DNA of 53,205 nucleotides from Basidiobolus meristosporus CBS 931.73 (lineage: Eukaryota > Fungi > Basidiobolomycota): assembly GCA_002104905.1 (NCBI GenBank), contig MCFE01000609.1, positions 1 to 53,205 on the forward strand, read 5' to 3'. Under the pieces are notes generated by a model. That model was given only the letters and a program-made list of their open reading frames with translations. It was not told where the DNA came from and ran no database searches. The position numbers and the translations under genes are program-made. This document shows, piece by piece, positions 22,046 to 35,218 of this stretch; within the stretch, counting starts at the first letter, position 1; every line of letters starts with the position of its first letter.

Positions 22046-24681
22046 ACGCCCTTGCTGCTCGCGTTAGTTTTGTAGCGACTAGATTTTAGGCTATGTTTTT
22101 TAAAAAACGCCCTACACGGTTGAGAACATCACACCACGCGCTTTGCGTGGAGGCGGTGTGTTATCGCTCTTCGTAAAACATCATCGGTGGATAACTCCAG
22201 GCAGCCGCCAGAATAAAGTTCTTGCAGCAAACAAATAGTTGAGCACCCGAAGAAGCATCAAAGATTACAGTTCGTTGGGAGGGTGGAAACAGCAGAAGTT
22301 TCGGGAGACTCTTGGGCTTCCATAGAACAGCAACATACCGAAGTCAGGGTAATTCTCTGCGAACATTTGATCTCGAGCCAACGCGTCCTCTAGGGAAGGA
22401 TTCGACGGGATACTCCAACTGGCTTCCTGTCTCACAAGTACTCTCCACAGCTCTGAAGATTGGTCACCAACCATGCATGTATCCACCAGCTTTCTTGCTT
22501 CCTAGCTTTGGTATCCCTAACTCTAGAAAGAGGCGTTTCCAGGGTGAAAATAAGGGATTCTTGAGTACCTCAGACGTCTCCGTGAAGACTGCATTGGACA
22601 GTTCTTTCTGGTGCCATACACAGCACAACCATGACCAAGATTAACATACGCGTATGGTGCAGCTGAACAAGGCTACCTCCATCGCACATCTGGTTTGAAG
22701 GAAGGTAACACACTCTGAATGGACTCGAATCACAATTTGAGGGTATCGGCATATCGGACACTGGCGGATACCAGATAGAGAACAACTTGGGGATCCCTGT
22801 GCTCGGCACTGATCACAAAGCCATTTCTGATGGGTAGACCCTGAAGAGATGGCTACCAGTGGGATGCACCCATCAAATACGTATTCAGGAGAATTTCCGA
22901 ATACCTGATAGGGCGCATGTTGCAAGAGATTGGGCCTAGGAAATTCAACTCAAAGAGGGGATTTTTGTGGGTGTGTGCAGTATACTTCGGTTCTGGTTTA
23001 CCACACGCACCGCTCGCTCTTGATATGGAAACTATACGGCCGACCAGACCACCAACCCTACAGTGTGCCATCCATCCCAATGCCTGAGCCAGATGATGAC
23101 AAGGCGGCTATCAATCCGATGCCCAGAAGGCTAGGTCAACTCCGGGGAGGGATTCGTCACCATCCATTTTGCAGAGAGCAACGTCGGGACTTCGAGTGCT
23201 ACAGCAAGATTTAAGGTTGGTTGGCTGGGATGGAGTATTGGCCAGACAATAGGAACCAATTGACGCCTATTCTAGTACGCACCATGCCCGCATCATGTGG
23301 CACCGAATGTCCAAAGCAATCACTGATAAGTCATTTTGGGACATTGGTGTTTGGTAACTTTTAGATGGCTAAATACATGAGTGGGTAGTTAGTTGATTTA
23401 CCTCGATTTGTGAATACCTGCCCATCCAGCGCAGGAGAAGGAGCTTTATGACGATAGATGGCAAGCCTAGGCTGGCGGATCTGGCTGGAGAGTGTTGAAT
23501 CATCGCCAGATCAGCCCGAATCCGCACCCCGGCTGGAAGGAAGGTCCAAAAGCGGCCAACCCATCAAGCAGCATATGGCAGTCGGGAAATGACCATGTCG
23601 AAAATACCCAAACTCCCAAGCGGCCCCGAAGGCCAACTCGTTGCCATTGGTGCCCACGATCAATTTAACTTCGAATTCAACATCACCCATATCTGGCCGA
23701 ATCATGCTTTTAAGCTTAGCTAAGCCAACGCATAAGCTGGAGAATTCGGAGTGGACTAGGGAGGCCAGCAGGTCCTTGTTTCACCACCGGTTAGGCAGGG
23801 ATTGAGCAAATGCGCCGAGAGATGGATTTCTATCTGAAGCGGTGTGGTTGCTCATGAGTAACTGGCCTTGATCTTGGCCTACGCAAGAACCTGAAAGAAC
23901 CTGCTTAGGCATACCCGTGTGCTTCGCACATTCCCCCGTCCAACCAGGTCTTCATTGGGTGACTCGCACTGCATCTCGAGCAAAAACTTTGTACCACGGA
24001 ACCGCTTCGATTCAGACCATCTGGTTTCCAGCCGAATAGGAGCCTTCTTATCCAGCCGTGGGTATTCCCAAAATCGCACCAACGAAACCTTACTGACAAG
24101 GTCTATATTTCTTACTAAGGTCATATGCGCTTGGAAAGCGCTGTCTAGCAAAGGGCAGCGGGTCGCCTTAATTGGCTGGCGTCTCCCTAGCATTGTAAAT
24201 TCCCCTTCCAAATATGTGGGCCGACTTGGGCACTTGATCCATTCTAGAGCGAAATGCCATTGGCGAGTCGCCACACCGGCCAATGAGGGCGTGGGGCGGC
24301 ATCACTTGCCATGGAATTTTGGCGATAATTGATGGATTTTCCGAAGTATGTGTTGTCCATAATTGGGTTGAAGCCACAAACCTCAATCTGTCTGGAAATA
24401 CTCGACTTATCGCTTGATTCTTGGTTTCGAACCAGGCCATCCAGGCCATATTTGGAAATCCTGTCAGATTGAGGGATCTCTTGGGTAACCTTGTCTATGT
24501 ATACTTAGGTGTAGCACCACTTCGAAGTATCGATTCTATTTAGTTAAGGTGGTTAGAGTGGGCATCGTATTGCCACCCGGCGTTGCTATAAATTCTTGGA
24601 GTCCCCCTTAATCAGCACCATCAAATAACCTCTTCACTTCACCCGACCTCCTTTCCTTCCTGCAGAACCATCACATCCAAC

Positions 24682-25364
24682 ATGACCAAAGTGCCAAGCA
24701 ATCGTCGTTGTTGCGGCTGTGTGAACCTCCGCACAGGCTGTCTTATCTTAACCTATTTCCAAATGGTATGCTCCTTTGGCCAGCGCTACTTCATGATCCT
24801 TGTATGATAACCGTGGAAAATCCCCTCTAGATTGGTGGCTTGGTTTTAAGCTTACTCGTAGTCATCCTGCTGGCTCTACTCCGGTCCACCCAGGCCAGAT
24901 CTTTCGAAGGATACAGCGTGGAGAATATCCGGATGGCTTCGTACATTCTGCTCGGCATCTCTATTTTCAGCAGTATCGTCGGATTACTTGGCGTGCTGGG
25001 CACTTACAAGGTAGGCACACTGATTTCACCCCCCTCGCAGCACCCCCAATCTAATCGGGACCCTTAGAGCAAACCCGGCCTGCTTCTTGCCTACTTGATA
25101 ATAGACGCCGTGTGCATCGCGGGTTGGTTCGGCGGGGTGATCGCAACCTTTCAGAGCCGCAACGCCCTCTGGGGCATCCAATTCACTGTGATGGTAAGAG
25201 GCGCATGAGACACCATGAGATGTCAACGGTGGTACTAACTTCAGACCCCCCCCCATCAATTCCAGCTGCTACTTCAAATCTATTTCTTCATCCCAGTGCA
25301 CCAGTATCGTCGAGAAATTCAAAACATCACCAAATATGTGTACGAAGTGAATCTGAAATGCTAA
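24682..25364 (+). CDS. Small 4-TM Cys-rich membrane protein, paralogue 1 (LAPTM/tetraspanin-like), 4 exons
   Basis: Spliced product MTKVPSNRRCCGCVNLRTGCLILTYFQM|IGGLVLSLL...GLLGVLGTYK|SKPGLLLAYLII...FTVM|LLLQIYFFIPVHQYRREIQ... Three phase-0 GT-AG introns. TATAAA at 24587. Confidence 0.85.
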
Positions 25365-28343
25365 TTCGCCAATACCCTTCTATGCATATTGATTGCTCTC
25401 TAATCGCCTACTTCCTTATCCACCCAGCCTCCCGTAATCCCTTCGGTTATCGAATAACCAATCACCAATTCTATTCTTCCACTGTATCATAGTATCTCAT
25501 CTTGTCACTGCTTAATATTCAAATAAAGTTTGGTGCGACTACAAACCTGTTACACGTATCCGTTCTGTCTCTGATTCATGTGTATATATATGGCTCTACT
25601 TCCATCTTCTTGAGGGAGTATTGGCGAATCAGTGGTCGAACATCCTCCATGAGGGCTCAGGCTATGACTTCTTGGCTCTGGTTGGGCGAGAGAATACTGA
25701 ATCTCTATGCAATGATCGAGTTGGATCAGCCAGGCATTTTGGTCTCAAACATGTGATTCAGTGCTTTCAGGATGATTCGGTGCTGTTCCGGATATGGATA
25801 TATCTCTGGGTATTCGCGCACCCTATCGTCTACCACTCAAATCCAACATCTGTAACACCAATCAGGCGATGGAAAGATACCAAATGGAACCTGCTCAACA
25901 GCGAGCAGCCCAATTGGTGGTGGGCACAGAGCTGGTGATTAGTACATAGCGGACCATGTTACTCGATCATTTTTCCAGGTTCAATTCGCCGATGCTTCAG
26001 TGGGAAGAAATTCCATTGTCGGTGTCAATGTACTCCATGATGGTCCAATATACCCAACCTTGGATAGGGAATATTACTATTCTAAGAGTTTCTTTTGGAC
26101 CCAAATCAATTTGTCATGACGTATTTCGAAGGGCTTGGGAGTGCTTCTGAATCCGTCGGTCTCGGGAAATTCACCAGATGGATGCGTATGAAGATTGCTT
26201 ATCAAATCTGCCAAATCCTCAGACACGATCAGCCCAGACTATGCATATATCTTTGCTTAAGATATGTTTAAACCATCTGTTGGTGGGTAATCATTACATG
26301 GGTATGAAGGCTAGTTCTGGCCGCTGACAATGCCAGGGCACAACGCCTCATTTCATCGGCCACTGTGTACAAGGAGGTATCAGAGATCCAAATATGATTT
26401 GGTGCCTCCTTTCCAGTATTTTCAGGACCATCGTTACCGTAGTGCAAAACCCACGTCCACCAGTGCTGCATTGTACGCAGTCACCCACCTTTGCTTGTTG
26501 GAACATCAAACCTGTTTCATTACAAAGCTGGGCCTTCCAAGCGATTCAAAGACATTATCCACTTACTGAAAGATGACCAACCCATTCTTGGGGTTAAAAA
26601 CATGCCTTCTTGGATGACTGCCATCATGGACCCTAGTATCAGATCCCAGGGTGCTGGAGGGCAATATGCACTCTGCCATTGCAAGGCATTTTGGTACAAC
26701 CCTTTGAGTTTCTCATGGTGGAGCATGAAACCCATCAAACCATATCCACTTGGCCCGGCTCTTGGTGCAAGGGTGATCAAGTACTTTCCACCTCACACCA
26801 TGAAATTCACAGGAAACTAGATGTCATGCTGCTGCCATAGCAGTAATAGCTACTCACCCTATTCTGTGCCAAGCTCCCCTGAACGAGACAAGGCGGTACG
26901 ATCCGGAATACAGTCATTGCTAACGTTTGATCCCGAATCTCCATCTTCACATTTCCTACCGTTAATAATAACAGAGATGAATCGATTCGCACTAGTCCTA
27001 TGCTGGCTTCCCATTTATAGCTATAGGCAATGAGGCCGCGATAATCAGGTTTAAGATTCGCCTAGTTGATGAGTGGAAGGAGATTAGCTCGTCAAATATG
27101 GAGCATTCAGGATCATAAGCAGTCCGTGGCAGCCGTCCAAAGGGGCTAATTTTCATACAAATTAAGAAAATACCATTCACTAGAACCCTCTCGGTCCGTC
27201 ATTGAAGGTCCAAAAATAAGGATGGTGTTGTAGGTAATGCTGAGCTAAGTAAACGACGCCTAATGCGAGTAGTCGTTGCCATTAGCAGCTGAGACGTGTG
27301 CACTGTATGATGACCAATTAGGGGAATTTTCTGCCTAATATGGCGTCATCAATTTATTATCTAGACCGTATTGGGGGATTTTCTCGTAGGGCCTAGCACG
27401 TCTGTTTCTGAACGCCTTGCGATGTGCGCACCGCGTCTATACAGCACGCTACCCACAGCAGAGGGCACTTGACCGATTATGGATGGAGCGACCGATTCCA
27501 TCACTGCGCACTGGGAGTGTCCTCTATTATGGGCACAAGGGTGTAGGTGCGTTGGGATCAGCCTCGCCGAAAACCCTGCGTGCCCTACCAGTATTTACCT
27601 GTTGACTGCGATTGGGACTAGGCCATTAGAAGAAAATGATGTCATATTCAACTTATGCTTCGCGCCAAATCATATGCCCACTGTCCACTCAACCATCCCC
27701 TTGCAGCTTCCTTATTAAAGAAATTCCGAATCCTCACCCAAATTGTCATCTGTGGGGAAAGGCCAACTCACTCGGTCAATTCATACAGTTCGAATTTATC
27801 AGCCGAGTCATGTGTTGTAGCTGGTAACCAGCCTGACCGCTTCAACCGGTGAATTTGCAATCATAGTGTAGTTGGGATGTTATTCGGTGTGGGGCTCGAT
27901 TGCTTTTAGAAGACATTTCATGTCAAAATAAGCGGAAATGTGCTATAAAGGGCGCAGTCTGCGATTGTTTTTCCATTCCGTCGAGTGGCATAGATGCGTC
28001 GTGCGTGATCGCAATCCTTGTTGTGCAGTCATGAGCGGCCCTGTCCCACTTCCTAATTGGCTACTGACTAGCCGAGCACCATAGGTCGACGGCCATTTGG
28101 CAGGGATGATTTGCACACGGATGACACACCATTGGCAAAAATGAACCTCACAAATGCTGAAAAGCAGAGCAACACCTCTGATACATTGCCTCTAATCTAT
28201 CAGAACCAAAACGTTATCGGCCCGATCAGGATCAGGTGTGTGACAAGAAGCTTGATCCAAGCATGATTTAATATTAAAAGGTCGCGCTTCTGTCAACAGA
28301 ATGTCATTCATGTCGCCCTTTCCCCTCTACCCTCTCTTTTCGT

Positions 28344-29287
28344 ATGCCCACCTTTAGTGATAATGATTTCTCGCCACCAAACGTCACATACTGGAAAGCG
28401 AAGGAGCAAATGAATTATTCCAATGGAACTCTGATTGTATATTGTATTCTATTTTGTATATACGCCCTTCTATGCACTAGATTAATTTCGAAAAGGCCCA
28501 AAAAGCTTGAGCTACGTGTATGTGCAGCAGCATCCCTGATAGGTGCCTTAACAGTTGCCTACATCATTAGCTTGTTTTTCGTGTTCAACACCTCTTGTTC
28601 CATTCGAAGTTTGGTATCGAATCTCCTTAATGGCGTTATCAGCGCATGTATCCAGGCTGCTCTTTTCATTTGGATCTACCGCGCCACCCACTACAAGGCG
28701 ATCCTCTGCGTTGCCGCTTTGACGAGTATGCTCAAATTTGTACCTCTGATCTGTAGTCTTGTGAATTCGGCTCACTACACACGCGTTGTGGAGCTTTGTA
28801 CCTTCCGGAATGGCCCACGGTTGCTCTACTATTCCTTAATATATGACCTCAGCAACACCATCATCTGGCATGTCGGCCTCATCCTTGCACTGGTCTATCA
28901 AACGAGGCTCTTGCTGAAGGAAAAGGAGGACGACTCATTTACATTGTCGGATCATGTCACTTTCCAGCTTCAGAACATTCGCTCTGCAGGCAAGGGTGTA
29001 TTGATGGGATTGCTGGTGAATATGGCAGGGCTGGTTGCCATCACCGTGCTCGTGATCCTTGAGCCGGATGGGAAATTGACCATTGTTCTATTCCATCTTA
29101 CTTGTAAGTAGCACTGCATCCATGAAATCAGCTAAGGCAAGCTCCCCTAACTCAATGGATTCCAGTAGGGCTCACATGCAAACTCATCACTGATAGCTTA
29201 CTCCGGTTCCATCCTTCTCTGAAATCCCCATTGGACTCGGCCGATGACCTGCCCTGCTTTGACTTCGGAGAATACACTGCTAAATGA
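28344..29287 (+). CDS. 7-TM receptor-like membrane protein, 2 exons
   Basis: 255-aa ORF with six to seven hydrophobic segments. Intron 29104-29168 (GTAAGT..CTAAC..TAG) extends TM7 as HLTWLTCKLITDSLL. Cys residues at the TM3 start (TSC) and in ECL2 (ELC) fit a GPCR-type disulphide. Confidence 0.75.
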
Positions 29288-29963
29288 TCATTGTATTTAC
29301 TGTCCAATCAGTTAATATGCTTCTATCTGGGCATCACTCGAATCTTTGAAAGATTCCACTCTGTTTCTTCAAACCCATATAAACAACCGAACACACACAG
29401 TGGCTCAAATGACGTTCCATCTTTTTGCGAGGCCTTGAACAGTCGTTATAATGTCGATGGAATTCATCCACGCCCCTTGGACTATCTATGGAAGTGTTGG
29501 GAGCTCAAGAGTGTGCGGCGCTCTGCCTTATTCTCCATGCCTCTGTGTACGATAAGCCATGAACACCACAACCCTAGTAACACCTATCCTATCCTGCTTC
29601 CAGCGCCGGAACTCTTTCTTGTAGCCCATCACCTATTAATCCTTACTAGATCTCTACTTGACCATTTAAGTTCACTGAGGCTGAAGAGGTGCCAATCCAT
29701 CATCCAAGTATGTGAGATTTCGAATCTTGGAATTCGATTGATCCACCATGTGATGGAACTGAGGAGCCATGCTTGATAGGATGCATTCCATAAACCAACA
29801 TTTGGTTACACTTCATCAGCCGAATCTTGTCCTGTTGGGTAGGCTCCAAATCAGACGACTCAGCCGAGGGTGAGCGGCCGAAGGATATAAAGCACTCCTG
29901 TCGAACCCAAAAAGGGCATAGGATACCCCACTGTAGTTGCCTTCATCTACACATATACATATA

Positions 29964-30638
29964 ATGGCCAAAGTCAAGAGTTACCAAACTTGCTGCTTCT
30001 GCATTAATCTTCGATTGGGATGCTTAATCCTGACGAGCTGTCAAATGGTACCCTCGTTTCTCTTCCTTGCGGACTCACGGTTGAAAATACTGACGTTCAC
30101 CTTAGATCCTTGGCGCCATTGAGTGCATCATCTCCCTCCTGGTATTTACGGCGCTCCAAGATGGCTTCGAACATTCGGAAGAGCGCCTGCTGTGGGCTAC
30201 ATCGTTGATCATACTGATAGTCTCCATGTTCGAATTCTCAGTGGGTCTGATAGGAGTCATCGGAGTGGCCAAGGTATGTTCACTTGCCCGGACATGAAAC
30301 TGACCGCAGGTTAACCGCAGTTTGAATTGCAGAGCAAAAGTACGCTCTTGTTAATCTACTTGATCTTCGACGCACTCTGCATATTGTCTTCCATCGGGGG
30401 AATTGTTCTTGCATTCATGACCCACGATCTTGTCCTTCAGGTGCAATCCGTAGTGCTGGTATTTCATTCAATCCGCCTGTTCTATGTACTGCCGCCCCTG
30501 CTCACCTTGTGTCTTCACTAGTCATTGTTTCAAATATACTTCTTCTTTGCCATATACCGTTACAGAAGAGAGATCAAGGCGGCCAGACAAACCTTCGACA
30601 CCGTTCAGTTCAAGAGCGCAGATCACCATGCCGTCTAA
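29964..30638 (+). CDS. Small 4-TM Cys-rich membrane protein, paralogue 2
   Basis: MAKVKSYQTCCFCINLRLGCLILTSCQM|ILGAIE...GLIGVIGVAK|SKSTLLLIYLIF...SVVL|SLFQIYFFFAIYRYRREIK... Same three introns. TATAAA at 29886. Confidence 0.88.
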
Positions 30639-31190
30639 TGTGACCCCTTCGGGGAAATACTCACCATATTTGCGATCTTTTCTATCCTGTCTTCCCCGTG
30701 CATTCTAATTCATCCCCTAATAAATTGTGCCCTTATCTGAGTAACCGTATACATGCCAACTCAATGGTAGCATCAGTACGCTGGACATCAGCCCGTATAG
30801 TTACGCCAATAGTTACGGCTTATGAAATTGGCCGGTAGGAACGAATCAAACTCTATCAGATTGCTCCACTCCCGTCCACAGTTGTGGAGCTACTCGTGAA
30901 CACAAACGATGTTTCGATCGAGGAGGTGATTGCGTAGAATATCCATGGTTACGTGCCTGGTATTGGCATTCGCAGGCTGGATTACTCAGTAGCTGAGCCC
31001 ACCTCGACAGGCTTAGGCCAAGATTGCATTGCTTTCCTTATGAGGTAAAGCGCTAGAGCTCAGCCGTCGAAAGCTTGAACCTCAGTTGGTTTCGTAGTAT
31101 AAAGAAGCCTGCGTGTCGCTTTGAGGAGTAAGGCTTATAGTGTACTCCCTAACGATATCAGCGTTCCTTGACAGCTCACATTTGACTGCA

Positions 31191-31835
31191 ATGCTTGAAA
31201 TAGAGACCAAAGTAACCTGCTGTTGGTGCTTCAATCTTAGGGTTGGAGCATTCACCATGGCAATCGTCGAGCTGGTAGTAATTTCAGGGCTGTGCCTAAG
31301 TCAAACGTGGGTTTAATTTCTTACATTGTCTAGTTGGAAGGGATCTTGGGGGTTCTGTGTTTTGGAATACCCATGATGCTGATCGTCAAAAGTCAAGGCT
31401 ATTTCGATATCAAGATCCAGACAGCTCTTGTCTATTCCAGCTTTCCGGTGTCCTTGATAGTTGGCGCTTTGGGGATCATAGGTGTTTCCAAGGTGAGGTT
31501 TCCTGCTGCACCCCGAAAGCGGTAGACTCACTGATGCTGTTTATTTTTTTATTCCAGAATAGAAGCTGGATTCTGAGCATTAGTTTGGCACTGAATTTTG
31601 CCCCTTTCGCCTTCTCGATCCTCGCCATTGTGTTGTTCTTCAAAAGCGAGTCTGCAGTGCTAGGGGGAGTATTCATACTGAAGGTAAGGAGCCATGAATG
31701 GCCCGGATAGCTGACATGCTCACACAACTCTAGCTTTTCCTTTGCATTCTCTATTTCTGCGTGATTCTGCGGTATCGTCGCACCATCATTATTGCCGAGA
31801 GAGTTCATTTGATCAAGACGACCTATGTCCCATAA
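31191..31835 (+). CDS. Small 4-TM Cys-rich membrane protein, paralogue 3
   Basis: MLEIETKVTCCWCFNLRVGAFTMAIVEL|LEGILG...GALGIIGVSK|NRSWILSISL...FILK|LFLCILYFCVILRYRRTI... Same three introns. TATAAA at 31098. Confidence 0.85.
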
Positions 31836-32435
31836 ATTGTCTCGTCTGCCCTACTCACGCCACTTCCTGTTAACTCCAAGCTCATCCGACGCCTAGACAA
31901 TAAACGAACCCCCATCCATCTCTACTGCATTTGTAAACCAACTCTCCATTTCATTCGGTCAGACCCATCTCCACTACAGACAGCTGCACAGTCAGCAAAC
32001 ATCGAGAATCTCGCTAGTGCCAGCCCGATTGCCAACGAGGGCTACATGCACCTTGTCCAAGGTTTTTGCAATCTGTTGGTGCGTGCATGGTACATATTCG
32101 AATTGTCGGGAATCGGAGGCTGCCATTGATCCATGGCAGTCGAGTGATCAGCATAGGAGTCCAGCGGAGTCATCGTCTTACCTGGATCCGATTGCAAGTG
32201 GCCAGCCGACTTATCGACCAAGCTGATATGGAGGTGCCCGATCTGTTGACTAGAAAAGCTGCAGTGAATATTTCCATGGAATCAGGTCACTCGAGGTCGG
32301 CGCTAATATCTTGCAGCAACCATTGGTATGGGTGTGACGCTACGGTGGCTGCTATATAAGGGGCATGGCCCTTATTCCTCTGCGGACTACAAATCATTCC
32401 ATTTCTCCTTGATCTTAGCAAGAACACTATCCATT

Positions 32436-33175
32436 ATGATGAAACCGGCCATAGTGACAATGGAAGAAGCCAATGAAACTTGTTGCTGCATTAGCATCCG
32501 CACCGGTTGCCTGACTCTGTCCATCATAGAATTTGTAAATAGCCACCGACTTTTATGTTTGCCGTGCGCTACGTGTCCTAACTCACTCCTGATATACGTA
32601 GATTGGCGGCATCACTGCAACAGCCACCGTGGCCTTAGGCCTGCAAGAGTTCCATACTGATGGTATGGAGTCGCCATACACACAGGATGAGAAGATGTTG
32701 CACATCGCGCAGTATATTCTACTGTGTGGGGCAGCTCTGACTGTGATTGTAAGCTTATTTGGGATCGTTGGTGTTGCTAAGGTGATGTTTGATGTTTGAA
32801 CGCGTCTTCCAATACGGGAATTAACCGGTTCTTCCGATAGAGTCGTCCAAAATTTCTACACATATATCTGGCCCTGAGCGCACTGGCCTTGGTCACCTCG
32901 TTTGCCGGCATGGTCATTACTTTCAGGAGTGGGGATGTCAAGCGGGGTATACGGACCGTTGTGCTGGTACGGATTAGCAATGTAATTGATGGCGTGCACT
33001 TGACCAAACTGACCATGCTTCTTTCATATAGATCCTATTCCAATCCTACATCTCCTATGTTATCTTTCGGTTCCGGCATGAGCTCGTAAGACCCACAAAA
33101 TGTGAAGACACAGGGGCAGAGGATGATAAATTCCCGTCGGTGGGTTCAAGAGGGCCGTACCACGCCAGCGTTTAG
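32436..33175 (+). CDS. Small 4-TM Cys-rich membrane protein, paralogue 4
   Basis: MMKPAIVTMEEANETCCCISIRTGCLTLSIIEF|IGGITA...SLFGIVGVAK|SRPKFLHIYL...TVVL|ILFQSYISYVIFRFRHEL... Same three introns. TATATAA at 32353. Confidence 0.85.
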
Positions 33176-35218
33176 GTTTAGTTTGCACATGTACATATCT
33201 CCTCTGACCTTCACCAAAATTATTACTATGCTTAATTTATAAGTTTCAAAGGCAACCTTATGCCAAATGATTAGAATCCCTTGATCGTGCATACCACCCT
33301 AATAGATAATGACTGATAATTCTATGATAGCACCATAGAAGCCAATACGATAAATTGTTAAACATTAGCCTCAATTAGAAGTTTTTGCATTCGCATTGAA
33401 TTATGATCTGTAAGTATTATGCTGAACATTCACTTCTTACTGGCTTTTTGCTGATCGCAATATATATCAAGTGGTTGGGACACCATGGGCTTGCTTGATT
33501 CGCCAACGGGCATTGTTTATATGGTACTTATTATACGGCTGGATAGTTGTTCGATGACACGTAAGTGCCTCCATTCAACGAGTCCAGAAATTATGACTGC
33601 TACCCAGCAACATGAAGCCAGTAGGATTTGGGTTGTGAAGTGAATTGTAAATAATTAGGAGGTATAGATTTCCACTTCTGGCAGTGTTGCGAATAATCGG
33701 TTGTTACCAAATTCATATATTTAGATACAGTGCTTTCCTTATTGTCCAAGTCATGTTTATAGGCTTCAAATTCACTTCGTACAATGTTCACCAATTCTTG
33801 GATACGATGGAAATACTGGAAGTTGCCAAGAAATCCCAACATTTCTGATAGGCCGGGAGCCTTACTTGAAACATACTTATTGTTGCTTTTATGAAATTCG
33901 CACCAAAGAATACTAAATACAGCCACCAATGAAAGTCTCCCCTTTCTTCCAAATAATGAGAACACTTCTGCGTTCCCACTGACTCCTTCAACAGGCCAAA
34001 CTCAAGTAGGCTTCCATAAATCCTGCTGGGTTTGTAGAAGGGCCTCAAATATCTTGGAGTGCCAAAGGGCTCCAAACCTTCATATTTCTCAGGTAACATT
34101 GCAAGATTTCCCAGCACATGTTGATTATTTTAATAGTTAGCTAGCTCTATGAAATAGTCAAAGTCCTGGGATTTGCCCATAGTCCCAAGCTGACCAGTGA
34201 GAACCATGCCCTTTATCATTATTGGAATAGTTCCAAATCAGTTTAAGGCTTCTAAACTAACTGACTACAAATTACCTCAAGTGATGACTTTCTTTACAAG
34301 ATACTGTAGAGCATTGAAGGTGACCTGGAAAATTTGATGCTTTGTATGAAGTGTTGTAGGAGTCTTGGATATATTGGAAGTGGTTGAGAGAACAAGTAGA
34401 TTATGTGGTTTTCACTTAATGAGTTGTTGAATGTAAAAGAAGTATTTATACTTTTACATTGTCTTGGCACAACAAGCACCTGGCATAGACTTAGTAAGGT
34501 CACAAGAGCATGTGTGCAAGATTTGGGGCTGATTGGATAGCTTTGAGAATTTTCATGTTTTGAGTACCTGATATGCTGGTGAAAATAGTCTAGGTAAATC
34601 CCAACAAGGAATCTAGTCAGTATTCTCTAAGATTTGTAGGTAGTGATCTAAGTGACTAAGCTAGGTAAATATTTAGGTGAGATTACAAATGTTTACAATA
34701 CCACCACTCAACCTTATGTTCATATTGACTAGTCCTTATTTCAACCTAAGATATTCATATTTATCTCTAGCTAATGGTTTGGTAAATATGACTGCATTCA
34801 TTTCATCTGTGGGACAGTAAGCTAAGTGTGCTGAGTTATTCTCTATAGCTTCACATTTGATATGATGTTCAATATCTATATGCTTGGTTCAAGCATGAAA
34901 AGTTGGATTTCTACCTAACTGTATACATCCTTGATTATCTTGAAACAAAGTAGTAGGTGTTTGTTGACATACACCTAAATCTTCAAAAAACTTTTTTAGT
35001 CACATTGCTTCTTTTGTAGTATCACAGGCTGCAATATACTCTGTTTCTGTGGTGGAAAGTGCTATAGTTGGTTGATTTCATGAATTCCAGGAAATTGCTC
35101 CTTTACAGTAAAGAAAGGTGTATCCTGTGGTGGATCTTCTGTCTTCCAAAATTTGTCCCCAATTAGCATCAGAGTATCCCACAAGATCCTGTTCTGAATC
35201 CATATAAGTGTATCTCAA

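Noticed and set aside
22130-22160. GC-rich hairpin CCACGC-GCTTT-GCGTGG downstream of the TF gene
   Set aside because: Short stem with no U-tract. Eukaryotic context makes a terminator call unjustified.
22630-23260. Broken plus-strand reading frame (FEGIGISDTGGYQIENNLG...FVTIHFAE)
   Set aside because: Multiple stops and no family I can name with confidence.
25500-27050. Numerous short ORFs, including an SHGG motif suggestive of a histidine phosphatase
   Set aside because: No RHG motif and no consistent exon model.
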